A stretch of DNA of 64,000 nucleotides from Ignavibacteriales bacterium. Its GTDB lineage: Bacteria > Bacteroidota > Ignavibacteria > Ignavibacteriales > Melioribacteraceae. Where the stretch lies: contig JAGUYK010000025.1 of NCBI GenBank assembly GCA_020061355.1, positions 47,815-111,814 on the forward strand, written 5' to 3'. Of this stretch, positions 18,837-29,002 are shown one piece after another (position 1 is the stretch's first letter; each line of letters opens with the position of its first letter). The notes below the pieces were generated by a model that had not been told where the DNA came from, did not search any database, and was given only the letters and a program-made list of their open reading frames with translations. A program made the position numbers and the translations under genes.

Positions 18837-21779
18837 ATGAAGAAGAGAGCTATTCCAAAAAAAGATCCAATCAAAAAAAAGAAAAGTAGAGATGAATTAT
18901 CATCTTCCGGTAATTCATTTTATGTAGTCGGTATCGGCGCATCTGCAGGCGGTTTAGAAGCACTCGAAAGATTTTTCAGAAATATGCCTGAGAATACAGG
19001 CATGGCTTTTATCGTAGTGTCGCATTTAGATCCCAATCATGTAAGCATTATGCCCGAGCTGGTTCAAAAATCTACCAAGATGAAATTATTTCAAGCTCAA
19101 GACGGAATGAAGGTAGAACCGAATCATGTTTATGTAGCTCCGGCTAACCGGGATTTAGCAATTCTTCACGGAACAATTCAATTAATAGAACCTATTGAAC
19201 CGCATGGATTCCGCCTTCCGATTGATTTTTTCTTCAATTCCCTTTCTTCAGATTTAGGTGAAAAAGCTATTTGTATTATTCTTTCCGGTATGGCTTCCGA
19301 TGGTACTTCGGGATTAAAAGCAGTAAAGAGTGAATTAGGAATGGTAATGGTTCAGGATCCGAAATCGGCAAAGTTTGACGGAATGCCAAGCAGCGCAATT
19401 AAAACCGGGTTAGCAGATTACATCCTTTCACCTGAAGAGATGCCGGAACAGTTGATTAAATATACCACCCAAAAAATAAGGGGTTTTTTATTAGACAAGG
19501 CAATTGACGACGGTAAAATTCCGGATACGTTTCAAAAAATTTTCATTCTGCTTAGAACTCATACCGGACACGATTTTTCGCTTTACAAACAAAATACAAT
19601 TTACCGGCGAGTAGAAAGAAGAATGAATGTTTCTCAATTGGATAGTATTCCAAATTATATAAGGATGCTTCAGGAAAACCCCGCAGAAATTGATAACTTG
19701 TTTAGAGAACTTTTAATTGGCGTAACAAATTTTTTCAGAGATCCCGAATCCTTCGAGAAATTGAAAAAGGTGTTATTAGAGTTGGTAAAAAGTAAACCTG
19801 ATGACGGTCTGATCAGAATTTGGGTGCCCGGATGCTCTACCGGCGAAGAGGCATACTCCATTGCAATTATATTACGGGAATGTATAGATGAAACGAAGAA
19901 AAATTTAAACGTTCAAATATTTGCCACAGATATTGATAGTAGTGCTATTGAGAAAGCCCGAAATGGTTCATTCTCGGGAATTGAATCCGATGTTGGTATA
20001 GAACGTTTGAAACGTTTCTTTACTTCAGAAGGGAATATTTTTCATATTCGAAAAGAAATAAGAGAGATGCTGGTCTTTGCAACGCAAAGTATTATTAAAG
20101 ATGCTCCATTTACCAGACTCGATTTGGTCTCATGCCGCAATCTTCTTATTTATCTTAATTCTGAATTACAGAAAAAATTAATTCCTATTTTCCATTATAG
20201 TCTATTACCCTCAGGAATACTGGTTCTCGGTTCATCGGAAACTATAAGCGGGTTTGTAGATCTGTTTTCAATGGCAGATAAAAAATGGAAAATTTACAAA
20301 AGAAGAGATTCTGTTTTTTCTGTACAACCGTTAATAGAATTTCCTGTTTTACGTCCAATAGCAAAACCTAATGAGCCAATAATGAAAAAGAACGAAGTTA
20401 AAAACATTCCCCATTTAGCAGAAAAAATAATTCTGCAAAGCTACTCACCAAATTGTGTGATAATAACTCAAAGTGGAGATATATTGTATATCCATGGTAG
20501 AACCGGCAAATTCCTTGAGCTTACACACGGTGAAGCAAAGATGAACATTTTTGAAATGGCACGAGAAGGATTAAGACAGGAACTTCCTACATTGATTAGA
20601 AAAGTTTCAACAAGTAAGAAATCATTAACCGTAGAAGGAATAAAGGTAAAAAATAACGGCAGCAGCCAATCAATAAACCTTACTGTTAAATATGTTAAAG
20701 AGCCGCTTGAAATGTCGGGTTCTATGTTGATCATTTTTGAGGAAGTTGTAGAACAAAAGAAATTGCCGACTTCTAAAAAAATCCATTATGAAAAGAAATC
20801 GGAAAGAGTTATTAAAGAACTTGAACACGAGCTAAAATCTACTAAAGCGAATTTAAGATCAACTATTGAAGAATTAGAAACTTCCAATGAAGAACTTAAA
20901 TCGACTAACGAAGAGATGCAGTCGACAAATGAGGAGATGCAAAGTTCAAATGAAGAATTAGAAACTTCCAAAGAGGAATTACAGTCCCTGAATGAGGAAT
21001 TGATTACTGTAAACACCGAGCTGCAGAATAAGAACGATGAATTATCAACTATCAATAATGATATGAAAAATCTGCTTGACAGCACTGATATCCCGACCAT
21101 CTTTCTTGATAATAATTTATGTATAAAAAGATTTACGCATCATGCATCAAAGGTTATAAACCTAATTGCTTCCGACGTTGGAAGACCAATAAACCATATA
21201 GCAACAAATCTGAAATATGAAAAGTTTATTGAGGATGCCAGGGAAGTTTTAAGAACACTTGTTTATAAAGAAATCGAGCTGCAAACCAAAGAAGATCTCT
21301 GGTTTCAAATGAGAATATTGCCTTACCGGACAATAAGCAATCTTATCGACGGTGTTGTAATAACATTTTTAGATATAAACAATTTAAAAATTGCTTATGG
21401 AAAAATTCATAAGCTGAATCAAGAGGTTCAACTAGCCCGTGAGTATTCAAATAATATTGTTGATACCGTGAGAGATTCGCTTCTTATTCTTGATAAGAAT
21501 TTGAAAGTCCTTTCTGCTAACCGTTCTTTTTATAAAATGTTTAATACAGTCAGCGAAAAAACCGTCGGCAAGTTTATTTACGAGCTTGACGATAATAATT
21601 GGGATATCCCTGAACTGCGTAAACTCCTTGAGGAAATAATTCCTAAATCAACTTTTTTTGAAGATTATGAACTCGAATACAATTTTAAAAAGACCGGTAG
21701 AAAAAAATTATTATTGAATGCCCGCGAGATATTTCAGGGAGATAAAGAATCCCAACTAATACTTCTTGCAATCCAGTAG
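18837..21779 (+). CDS. CheB-methylesterase/CheR-methyltransferase fusion protein with coiled coil and PAS domains
   Basis: CheB-type domain ([14 protein letters not shown]...), CheR SAM-methyltransferase motif ([17 protein letters not shown]), and heptad coiled coil [44 protein letters not shown]. Two PAS-like modules follow. Confidence 0.85.
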   Translation: MKKRAIPKKDPIKKKKSRDELSSSGNSFYVVGIGASAGGLEALERFFRNMPENTGMAFIVVSHLDPNHVSIMPELVQKSTKMKLFQAQDGMKVEPNHVYVAPANRDLAILHGTIQLIEPIEPHGFRLPIDFFFNSLSSDLGEKAICIILSGMASDGTSGLKAVKSELGMVMVQDPKSAKFDGMPSSAIKTGLADYILSPEEMPEQLIKYTTQKIRGFLLDKAIDDGKIPDTFQKIFILLRTHTGHDFSLYKQNTIYRRVERRMNVSQLDSIPNYIRMLQENPAEIDNLFRELLIGVTNFFRDPESFEKLKKVLLELVKSKPDDGLIRIWVPGCSTGEEAYSIAIILRECIDETKKNLNVQIFATDIDSSAIEKARNGSFSGIESDVGIERLKRFFTSEGNIFHIRKEIREMLVFATQSIIKDAPFTRLDLVSCRNLLIYLNSELQKKLIPIFHYSLLPSGILVLGSSETISGFVDLFSMADKKWKIYKRRDSVFSVQPLIEFPVLRPIAKPNEPIMKKNEVKNIPHLAEKIILQSYSPNCVIITQSGDILYIHGRTGKFLELTHGEAKMNIFEMAREGLRQELPTLIRKVSTSKKSLTVEGIKVKNNGSSQSINLTVKYVKEPLEMSGSMLIIFEEVVEQKKLPTSKKIHYEKKSERVIKELEHELKSTKANLRSTIEELETSNEELKSTNEEMQSTNEEMQSSNEELETSKEELQSLNEELITVNTELQNKNDELSTINNDMKNLLDSTDIPTIFLDNNLCIKRFTHHASKVINLIASDVGRPINHIATNLKYEKFIEDAREVLRTLVYKEIELQTKEDLWFQMRILPYRTISNLIDGVVITFLDINNLKIAYGKIHKLNQEVQLAREYSNNIVDTVRDSLLILDKNLKVLSANRSFYKMFNTVSEKTVGKFIYELDDNNWDIPELRKLLEEIIPKSTFFEDYELEYNFKKTGRKKLLLNAREIFQGDKESQLILLAIQ

Positions 21780-21965
21780 CAAAGTATAAAATAAAGAGGT
21801 CATCACTTAAATATGTAATTTGATCTTTGAACCAGTTAAGGTATTTTAATGGAAACCCCATGCTTCAGCATGGGGGTGAAATCCAGACAATCAAAATGGG
21901 CTTTCCCCAAGGAATCCTTTGGATAGCCCGGAAAAAATAGAGATTATTATAAGAGGTGCCGAAAA

Positions 21966-23252
21966 ATGAATCGTACAAAAAAGGAATCAGGAAAAATCGT
22001 TATTAAAAAAGCGAAGAAAAAAATCGAGCCGAAACCTAAAAAGACCTCTGTTGAAAAAATTGAGGATGTTAAAAAATTAGTGCATTTACTCCAGGTGCAT
22101 CAGATTGAACTGGAACATCAAAACGAAGAACTTAGAATTGCCCAGGAAGAGTTGGAAGTATCGAGGAATAAATACGTAAACCTATTTGATTTTTCCCCGA
22201 TCCCTTATTTTACATTAGACCCGATTGGGAAAATAATGGAAGTGAATTTAAGTGCCAGTAAAATGTTCGGAATTGATCGAAAAATATTAATTGGTAAGCG
22301 TTTTAGTTCTTTTATCCCGATGGACGAAAAAGATATTTTTAATTCTTTTATTCAAACTGTTTTTACATCTCCGGTAAAACACTCTTGCGAATTAAAAGTG
22401 ATGAGCAAAGATAAACGAGTTTTCAGTGTTCTACTGGAAGGCTTAAAGTTAGACGACACACTGGAATCAGATCCTAAATGCCAGGTTGCTTTAATCGATT
22501 TGACCGAATACAAAAAGATCGAGGTTTCGTTAAAAGAGTCCAACAAAGAACTTAAAAAACTAAATAACACTAAAGACAGATTCTTCGCAATCATTGCGCA
22601 TGATTTAAGAAGCCCTTTTCAATCTTTTTTAAGCACTTCGGAATTGCTTTCTACGGAAATTGAAACTTTATCGCAGGAAGATATATTATTATTCAGCCGG
22701 GGACTGCATGATAATTTAACAAAATTCTATAGACTCCTGGAAAATTTGCTCAATTGGTCAATGATGCAAAAAGACATGCTTGAGTATAAATCGACAAGTA
22801 TTAACCTTTATGATGCAGTGAATAAAATAATTGAAATATCTAATCAATGCGCTTTGAAGAAAAATATTTCTTTGTCCAACAATGTGGTAAAAGGAACCTT
22901 CGTTATTGCAGATGTTGATATGCTTCGCTCGGTTATTCAAAACCTTATATTAAATGCAATCAAATTCACTCAAATGGAAGGACAGGTAATTGTATCCTCT
23001 GTTGAAAAGGATGGTTTTGTTGAAGTATCAGTTCAGGATACCGGGATAGGAATTGATCCGGAAAAATCTTCCAAACTTTTCAACTTTGAAACAATATTTA
23101 CAACCAACGGAACTGCCGGAGAGAAAGGGACCGGACTTGGATTACCTCTTTGCAAAGAATTTATTGAAAGAAACGATGGTACTATTCGGGTCGAAAGTGA
23201 ATTAGGAAAAGGATCAACATTTACATTCACTTTACGCAAAGCAATTTCATAA
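21966..23252 (+). CDS. PAS-domain sensor histidine kinase
   Basis: N-terminal coiled coil HQIELEHQNEELRIAQEELE plus PAS. H-box FFAIIAHDLRSP. ATPase N and G boxes (NLILNAIKFT, DTGIGI, GTGLGLPLCKEF). Confidence 0.9.
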   Translation: MNRTKKESGKIVIKKAKKKIEPKPKKTSVEKIEDVKKLVHLLQVHQIELEHQNEELRIAQEELEVSRNKYVNLFDFSPIPYFTLDPIGKIMEVNLSASKMFGIDRKILIGKRFSSFIPMDEKDIFNSFIQTVFTSPVKHSCELKVMSKDKRVFSVLLEGLKLDDTLESDPKCQVALIDLTEYKKIEVSLKESNKELKKLNNTKDRFFAIIAHDLRSPFQSFLSTSELLSTEIETLSQEDILLFSRGLHDNLTKFYRLLENLLNWSMMQKDMLEYKSTSINLYDAVNKIIEISNQCALKKNISLSNNVVKGTFVIADVDMLRSVIQNLILNAIKFTQMEGQVIVSSVEKDGFVEVSVQDTGIGIDPEKSSKLFNFETIFTTNGTAGEKGTGLGLPLCKEFIERNDGTIRVESELGKGSTFTFTLRKAIS

Positions 23253-23290
23253 ATAAAATTGAAATATTTTTTCTAACAATTGTAAGCACA

Positions 23291-23983
23291 ATGAAAAAAA
23301 TTAAAATACTGCTTATTGAAGATAATAGACTGTTGCGTGATGGCATTGCCTCATTATTAAAAAAGCAGCCTGATATGCGGGTCGTTGCAACAATAGGGGA
23401 TGGAAAAAATATTCGAGATATAATTGAGAAGCACAAACCGAATATAGTGCTTCTCGATCTCGGTTTAAAAAGTCAGAACAGCTTGCATGTTGTAAAATTA
23501 ATTAAGGAAATATTTCAAGAAGCCAAAATTATTGTGATGGATCTTGTTCCTGTTCAGGCAGATGTTTTCGAATTTGTTCAGGCGGGTGTATCAGGATTCA
23601 TACTTAAAGATGCAAATGTTTCAGAATTATATCAAACTATCCGGAAAGTAAATCAGGGTGCTCGAATTTTACCTCATCAATTAACCGGTTCGCTTTTTTC
23701 TCAAATCGTTAAAAACGCTGTTGTTAGATCTAAACCTTCCATAATCGATAAATCAGTACGGTTGACAAAACGTGAATTGCAGGTAATCGAATTAGTTTCA
23801 GATGGTCTGACCAATAAAGAAATTGCCCAAAAACTTCGTCTATCACAGTACACAGTAAAAAGCCACGTACATAACATACTTGAAAAATTAGCACTCACTA
23901 CGCGTGTACAGATTGCAAAGTACGCTCATATCTCCGACACTTACAAAGTTACCAAGGATAGCACTTCTTTAATAAGTAAATAA
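23291..23983 (+). CDS. NarL/FixJ-type response regulator (REC + LuxR HTH), paralog 2
   Basis: Aligns end to end with paralog 1, with most positions identical by eye (MKKIKILLIEDNRLLRDGIA..., VLLDLGL, GFILKD, LTKRELQVIELVSDGLTNKEIAQKLRLSQYTVKSHVHNILEKL). Lies directly after the histidine kinase gene. Confidence 0.9.
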   Translation: MKKIKILLIEDNRLLRDGIASLLKKQPDMRVVATIGDGKNIRDIIEKHKPNIVLLDLGLKSQNSLHVVKLIKEIFQEAKIIVMDLVPVQADVFEFVQAGVSGFILKDANVSELYQTIRKVNQGARILPHQLTGSLFSQIVKNAVVRSKPSIIDKSVRLTKRELQVIELVSDGLTNKEIAQKLRLSQYTVKSHVHNILEKLALTTRVQIAKYAHISDTYKVTKDSTSLISK

Positions 23984-23997
23984 TTTTACAAAAACTT

Positions 23998-24044
23998 CCT
24001 ACCCAAAAGATGTAGTTCCTTTTTCATCCTTTCGCCCGATTGAA
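23998..24044 (+). promoter_or_regulatory. conserved upstream element, copy 7
   Basis: CCTACCCAAAAGATGTAGTTCCTTTTTCATCCTTTCGCCCGATTGAA, starting 15 nt after the paralog 2 regulator stop codon. TTGAAC 24040-24045, 17-nt spacer, TACTAT 24063-24068. 109 nt upstream of ATG 24153. Confidence 0.85.
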
Positions 24045-24152
24045 CTTAGATGTAATCATCACTACTATTAATCGGATTCAAAAAGAGGTTTACTGTTTTT
24101 TTGAATAACGGAAATTTAATATCAAGTCACAACAAATTAATAGGAGGATTCA

Positions 24153-24515
24153 ATGAAGCAAATGCACATTGCCATGTTAGCGGGGTGTGTTCTGATCGCT
24201 ATTGCGATAGCCGGTTGCGGAAGCAGCCCGGAGGTTATCAATAAAGAAGCTTCTACTTCTGCGATCCGCGCAGCTCAGGAGGTTGGTGCGTCCGAAATTC
24301 CAAGCGCATCACTTTATTTACAGCTTGCAAAAGAAGAATTGGCTAAAGCCCAAGTACTTGCGGCAAATGGAGAAAAAAAACAAGCAGAGTCAATGCTGCT
24401 GCGTGCTCAAGCTGATGCCGAATTAGCAATCGTTCTCTCGCACGGAGATGCCGACAAGAATGAAGCAACAGAGGCATTAGAACGTGTAAAAAAACTACGA
24501 CAGGATAACAAGTAA
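24153..24515 (+). CDS. DUF4398-like lipoprotein
   Basis: Lipobox IAGCGS. Helical EAxxALxxAxxELxxA pattern (LYLQLAKEELAKAQVLAANGEKKQAESMLLRAQADAELA), as in DUF4398 proteins that precede OmpA-family genes. Confidence 0.6.
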   Translation: MKQMHIAMLAGCVLIAIAIAGCGSSPEVINKEASTSAIRAAQEVGASEIPSASLYLQLAKEELAKAQVLAANGEKKQAESMLLRAQADAELAIVLSHGDADKNEATEALERVKKLRQDNK

Positions 24516-24535
24516 CCAAAAAAAGGAATTAACAT

Positions 24536-25396
24536 ATGAAACTTCTTAAATATCTTTTCATCATTGCATTCGTTGTGTTGCTCGTCGGGTGCTCTGCAAG
24601 TATTCCACCTAAAGAGCTAATCGATGCACGTCAGGCTTACCAACAGGCAAGTATGGGACAAGCGGCACAATTAGTACCGGCAGAACTGCACAAAGCACAA
24701 GTTGCTCTTGCAGTCGCCGAGAAATCTTTTCAGGAAGATCCGGATTCTTACATGACACGAGATCTTTCTTATGTAGCAGATAGAAAAGCAAAAATGGCTG
24801 AAGGGCTCGCCAGAAGCGTTACTCAAAAAGCGGCCACTGAAAAAGCAAACAAAGATTACGAGGCAGCCCAAACTGAAATTTTAAAGAAAACAAAAGAAGA
24901 CCTTGCTGCTTCGGAGCGAAGCGAATTACTTAAAACAGAACAGCTGGCAGCAGAACAAAAAGCCAGACTTGAAGCAGAGAATAGGGAAGCAAAGGCACTG
25001 GCTGATCTTGCCAAACTTGCAGCAATTAAGGAAGAGGCTCGCGGACTTGTAATAACACTTTCGGGAAGTGTACTATTTGCTTCAAACAAATCGGAACTAT
25101 TACCGGCGGCGCAGAATCGGCTGAACCAGGTTGCCGATGCACTCCTGGAAACTAAAGAACGGAAACTTACCATTGAAGGTCATACTGATTCTCAGGGTTC
25201 CTCCGCTCACAACCAGGAATTGTCGTTGAGACGTGCAAATGCAGTGCGTTCGTATTTAATCGTACGTGGCTACCCCGGTGATTTGATTCAAGCGCAGGGA
25301 ATCGGTGAAGATAGACCTATTGCAGATAATACAAGTGCAGAAGGCAGGGCGAACAATCGTCGAGTAGAGATTGTTATCGATCGAGCAGCAAAATAG
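24536..25396 (+). CDS. OmpA-family peptidoglycan-binding lipoprotein with DUF4398-like N-terminal region
   Basis: Lipobox LVGCSA. Coiled-coil middle region. C-terminal OmpA-like domain FASNKSELLPAAQNRLNQVADAL...IEGHTDSQGSSAHNQELSLRRANAVRSYL...NRRVEIVI. Confidence 0.85.
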   Translation: MKLLKYLFIIAFVVLLVGCSASIPPKELIDARQAYQQASMGQAAQLVPAELHKAQVALAVAEKSFQEDPDSYMTRDLSYVADRKAKMAEGLARSVTQKAATEKANKDYEAAQTEILKKTKEDLAASERSELLKTEQLAAEQKARLEAENREAKALADLAKLAAIKEEARGLVITLSGSVLFASNKSELLPAAQNRLNQVADALLETKERKLTIEGHTDSQGSSAHNQELSLRRANAVRSYLIVRGYPGDLIQAQGIGEDRPIADNTSAEGRANNRRVEIVIDRAAK

Positions 25397-25430
25397 TAAA
25401 GAGGAATTAATATAGAACTAAGGAAAACGG

Positions 25431-25462
25431 GACCCGGAAATGATCCGGGTCTCTCATACTTT
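25431..25462 (+). terminator. probable rho-independent terminator
   Basis: GACCCGGA-AATGA-TCCGGGTC (25431-25451) followed by a T-containing tail TCTCATACTTTT. Confidence 0.5.
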
Positions 25463-25493
25463 TAGTAGTTACCAATTATGAAGGAGATGCCAA

Positions 25494-25679
25494 ATGAATT
25501 CGTTAACAATTAAGGGCAACTGGAATGAACTCGCTGGAAAACTTAAACAACAATTCGCAAATCTAACGGATGATGATTTACTTTTTAAAGAGGGTAAAGA
25601 AGAAGAACTGTTGGGAAGATTACAAACCAAACTTGGAAAAACCAAGGAAGAAATACACAAGATAATTTCGAAGTTATAA
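25494..25679 (+). CDS. CsbD-family stress-response protein
   Basis: 61 aa. [47 protein letters not shown] is the classical CsbD pattern. SD AAGGAG upstream. Confidence 0.85.
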   Translation: MNSLTIKGNWNELAGKLKQQFANLTDDDLLFKEGKEEELLGRLQTKLGKTKEEIHKIISKL

Positions 25680-25779
25680 CAAATTGTTTGGTAAGAACTC
25701 TTCCAATCTTAGGCAGAGCGGGTTTGTACAATGAATAAATTAACACATTAACATTCTCAATTAACTAAAGAGGCGGATC

Positions 25780-26214
25780 ATGAAAAACAAATATTTCATC
25801 CTTGCAGGTTTAGTGTTTATTACAGGAATAGTATTTACCGGTTGCAGCGACAATCGAGATGATGCAAAAGATAATGTTAAGCAAGCAAATCAAGAAATGA
25901 TTGATGCGCAGGTTCAATACGAAAAGGAATGGCAGCAATTCAAGAGCGATGCTGAATTAAAAATTAATGTTAATCAAAAAACAATTGATGATTTCAAGGT
26001 GGCGATGAAAAGCACGAGTACAAAATTCAAAGCTACTTATGAAAATACGGTATTAACATTAGAACAAAAAAATATCGAATTGAAGAAAAAAATAAATGAT
26101 TATCAGTATGAGGGAAAAGAAAATTGGGAAGAATTCAAAAAAGGGTTTAATACTGATTTGGAAATAGTTGAAAAAGCACTCAAAGATATCTTTGAAAAAA
26201 AGGTTAACTATTAA
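25780..26214 (+). CDS. hypothetical lipoprotein (helical)
   Basis: Lipobox FTGCSD, charged helical remainder. SD-like AAAGAGG upstream. Confidence 0.6.
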   Translation: MKNKYFILAGLVFITGIVFTGCSDNRDDAKDNVKQANQEMIDAQVQYEKEWQQFKSDAELKINVNQKTIDDFKVAMKSTSTKFKATYENTVLTLEQKNIELKKKINDYQYEGKENWEEFKKGFNTDLEIVEKALKDIFEKKVNY

Positions 26215-26410
26215 CGGGTTAATATTTTCAGACAAGAATAAAATACAAAAAATATTTTCTGTTCATTGATTTCGGTTTCGAATATTTCTTTATCGCTGTT
26301 TAAACTTTGGTTATAGAACAGAATGAAAAACACATTGTTAAAGAATAATTTTAATTGCAGAAGTAGAACAATGGTTTAACAATTTAATCAATATAAGAAC
26401 TGAGAATTAT

Positions 26411-26605
26411 ATGAATATGAAAAGAATCTTTGGGGCAATACTAACAGTACTGGGGATAGCCGCACTTATTTATGTCGCTGTATTATTTGTAAATACCTCA
26501 GGCGGTACGACGGATATAAAAGCACTCATTATCTTTGGTGTAATCGGACTTATATTTTTTGTTGCGGGCATTGGCTTGATACGCACAACTAAAGATGAAG
26601 CATAA
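26411..26605 (+). CDS. small two-TM membrane protein
   Basis: 64 aa with two hydrophobic helices (IFGAILTVLGIAALIYVAVLFV, LIIFGVIGLIFFVAGIGLI). Confidence 0.5.
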   Translation: MNMKRIFGAILTVLGIAALIYVAVLFVNTSGGTTDIKALIIFGVIGLIFFVAGIGLIRTTKDEA

Positions 26606-26636
26606 TGTGCAAGTGATAAATACAAGGATAGAAAAT

Positions 26637-27488
26637 ATGAACGAAATTCTTGACATTACTATGCCCGGAACAGCCAGGGCGGAATATATAGAAGTAGAAA
26701 AAAGTGTACGTCTTCATATTACAGATGCGGGTAAAGGTAAACCTATTGTATTAATTCATGGCTGGCCTTTGAGTGATGAAATGTATGAATACCAATACAA
26801 CGATCTGATAAAAAATAATTTCCGCACTGTCGGTATTACGCTTAGAGGTTTTGGCAAATCCGATAAACCTTACAGCGATTACACTTACGATGTTCATGCG
26901 TCGGATATCAAAAAAGTTCTTGATAAGTTAAAAATAGAAGAAGCAGTATTAGTTGGTTTTTCTATGGGCGGAGCTATTGCGATTCGGTATGTGGCGGCAT
27001 ACAATGCGGCTCATGTTTCCAAGCTGGTTTTGGTTGCAGCAGCAGCACCAATTTGGACTAAACGCGAAGACTTTCAATACAATCTTCCTAAGAATGCGGT
27101 TGATGACTTAATAGAATTGAACTATAAAGACCGGCCAAAACTCTTATCAAATTTTGCAAAGATATTTTCTGCTACAGAAACTTCATTGAATGAAGGCATA
27201 GGAAAATGGTTGAACGGGATTTGCTTAAGCGCCTCTTCTTATGCAACGGCTCAATGTTTAATAGCATTGCGCGATACTGATCTGAGAGGTGATCTATCGA
27301 AAATAAAAATCCCGACTGTGATTATGCATGGTAGAAAAGACAAAATATGTTCATTTGATCTGGCAGAACAGATGAAATCCGGAATATCAAATTCTCACAT
27401 CGTTGCTTTTGAGAATAGCGGTCATAGTTTGTTTCTTGAGGAAACTCAGAAGTTTAATACAGAGCTTATAAAATTTGCGGGAGAATGA
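26637..27488 (+). CDS. alpha/beta-fold hydrolase
   Basis: HGWPL oxyanion region, nucleophile elbow GFSMGG, C-terminal SGHSLFLE. ATG 26637 (SD-like AAGGA upstream) preferred. ATG 26595 would overlap the preceding ORF. Confidence 0.8.
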   Translation: MNEILDITMPGTARAEYIEVEKSVRLHITDAGKGKPIVLIHGWPLSDEMYEYQYNDLIKNNFRTVGITLRGFGKSDKPYSDYTYDVHASDIKKVLDKLKIEEAVLVGFSMGGAIAIRYVAAYNAAHVSKLVLVAAAAPIWTKREDFQYNLPKNAVDDLIELNYKDRPKLLSNFAKIFSATETSLNEGIGKWLNGICLSASSYATAQCLIALRDTDLRGDLSKIKIPTVIMHGRKDKICSFDLAEQMKSGISNSHIVAFENSGHSLFLEETQKFNTELIKFAGE

Positions 27489-27569
27489 TCAAGTATAAAA
27501 TTATATATGAGCAGGAAATAGTGCCGGCAGAAATCCGGTGAATAAGAAAATTATAAAAGGAGAAAGACT

Positions 27570-27761
27570 ATGTCATTAATAACATTAGTAATTGTTCTGG
27601 TTATTGTCGGGGTGATTCTCTGGCTGATTAACAGCTATATCCCGATGCAGTCTACAATTAAGAAAATCCTAAATGCAGTAGTAATTATTGTAGTAGTTCT
27701 CTGGTTATTGAGTGTTTTCGGTGTTATAGATAGTCTCGATACAATTCGTATAGGTCGGTAA
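27570..27761 (+). CDS. small two-TM membrane protein
   Basis: 63 aa, two hydrophobic helices. SD AAGGAG upstream. Confidence 0.55.
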   Translation: MSLITLVIVLVIVGVILWLINSYIPMQSTIKKILNAVVIIVVVLWLLSVFGVIDSLDTIRIGR

Positions 27762-27844
27762 TCGTTTTATGAAACGAGCGATTACATTAATAACACATAT
27801 GGTTATACAATTTTTAAAATATCACAATAAGCAAGGAGAATATT

Positions 27845-28423
27845 ATGGCAATAATTAAAATTGAGAAGAAAAAGACGGCTTGGTTATGGGTAACATTAGG
27901 ACTCATCCTAATTGCCGCGTTTATTTATTTCATGTACTTTAATGACGGCACCAAAGAAACGGAGAAAGTTCCGGAAACCACCGACCTGATAGGAGTGAAT
28001 GAAAACAATAATATTGTTAAAGCATTTGTAGATTTTATTGAAACCGACAGCATGAAGATGAGTCTGGATCATGCATTTACAAATGAAGCACTTTTGAAAT
28101 TAACCGATGCAACAAATGCTATGGCCGATGAAGTTGGCTATGAAGTTAAAGCAGATATTGACAAGGTTAAAGAATATGCAGTAGTGATAACTAAAGATCC
28201 CTTTGATACTTCGCATGCAGACGACATTAGAAGAGCGACGGATATTTTAACTAACGTATTACAAAACATTCAGAAAGCTAAATATCCGGGATTAACAAAT
28301 GAAGCAGCTGAATTAAGAAATGCATCCTCAGCAATCAATCCTGATGTGTTAACTCTTGATCAGAAAGATGCTGTTAAATCATTCTTTAGAAAAGCAGCTG
28401 ACTTACTCAAAAAAATGAATTAA
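27845..28423 (+). CDS. hypothetical membrane-anchored protein
   Basis: N-terminal TM helix (WLWVTLGLILIAAFIYFMYF), helical soluble part. SD AAGGAG upstream. Confidence 0.6.
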   Translation: MAIIKIEKKKTAWLWVTLGLILIAAFIYFMYFNDGTKETEKVPETTDLIGVNENNNIVKAFVDFIETDSMKMSLDHAFTNEALLKLTDATNAMADEVGYEVKADIDKVKEYAVVITKDPFDTSHADDIRRATDILTNVLQNIQKAKYPGLTNEAAELRNASSAINPDVLTLDQKDAVKSFFRKAADLLKKMN

Positions 28424-28447
28424 TTAATTTAAATAAGGATTACCATA

Positions 28448-28972
28448 ATGACTGACCAAACCAAAAATCTTTTTTACCTGAAAGAATTATCAGATTATAA
28501 AGTAGCATCCGATTATTGTGATGTAAGAGGTTGGGATGTTCTCGATATCAATAACCGCAACATAGGAAAAGTAACCAGTTTATTAGTTAATAAAATAGCT
28601 GAGCGCGTTGTCTATCTGGATGTTGAGGTTGATAAAACTTTGATAGAAGATGGTTATAACACTTATCAAACTCCGGCAAGCGATGGTATACATGGATTCC
28701 TTAACAAAGAAGGAGACGACCACATTATTGTACCAATAGGAATGGTGAGTTTAAATGAAGAAAATAAGCAAGTGCACACCAACCAGATTAACTATGCTAC
28801 ATTTGCTAAAGCAAGAAGGTTTAGTAAAGTTGATGTTATTGATCCTGATTACGAATTATTTTTGTTCCGTCATTATCTTGGTGATGTCCCAACTGATAAT
28901 ATTATCTTGGACGACAAATTTTATAGCCGAAAAGAGTTTGAAAATTCTTTACGCAGTAAAAAAATTAAATAG
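28448..28972 (+). CDS. PRC-barrel domain protein
   Basis: YKVASDYCDVRGWDVLDINNRNIGKVTSLLVNKIAERVVYLDVEV matches the PRC-barrel (photosystem reaction centre H-like) stress-protein pattern. Confidence 0.7.
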   Translation: MTDQTKNLFYLKELSDYKVASDYCDVRGWDVLDINNRNIGKVTSLLVNKIAERVVYLDVEVDKTLIEDGYNTYQTPASDGIHGFLNKEGDDHIIVPIGMVSLNEENKQVHTNQINYATFAKARRFSKVDVIDPDYELFLFRHYLGDVPTDNIILDDKFYSRKEFENSLRSKKIK

Positions 28973-29002
28973 TTCTAAACTATTATCATATAGAGACTAT
29001 GC

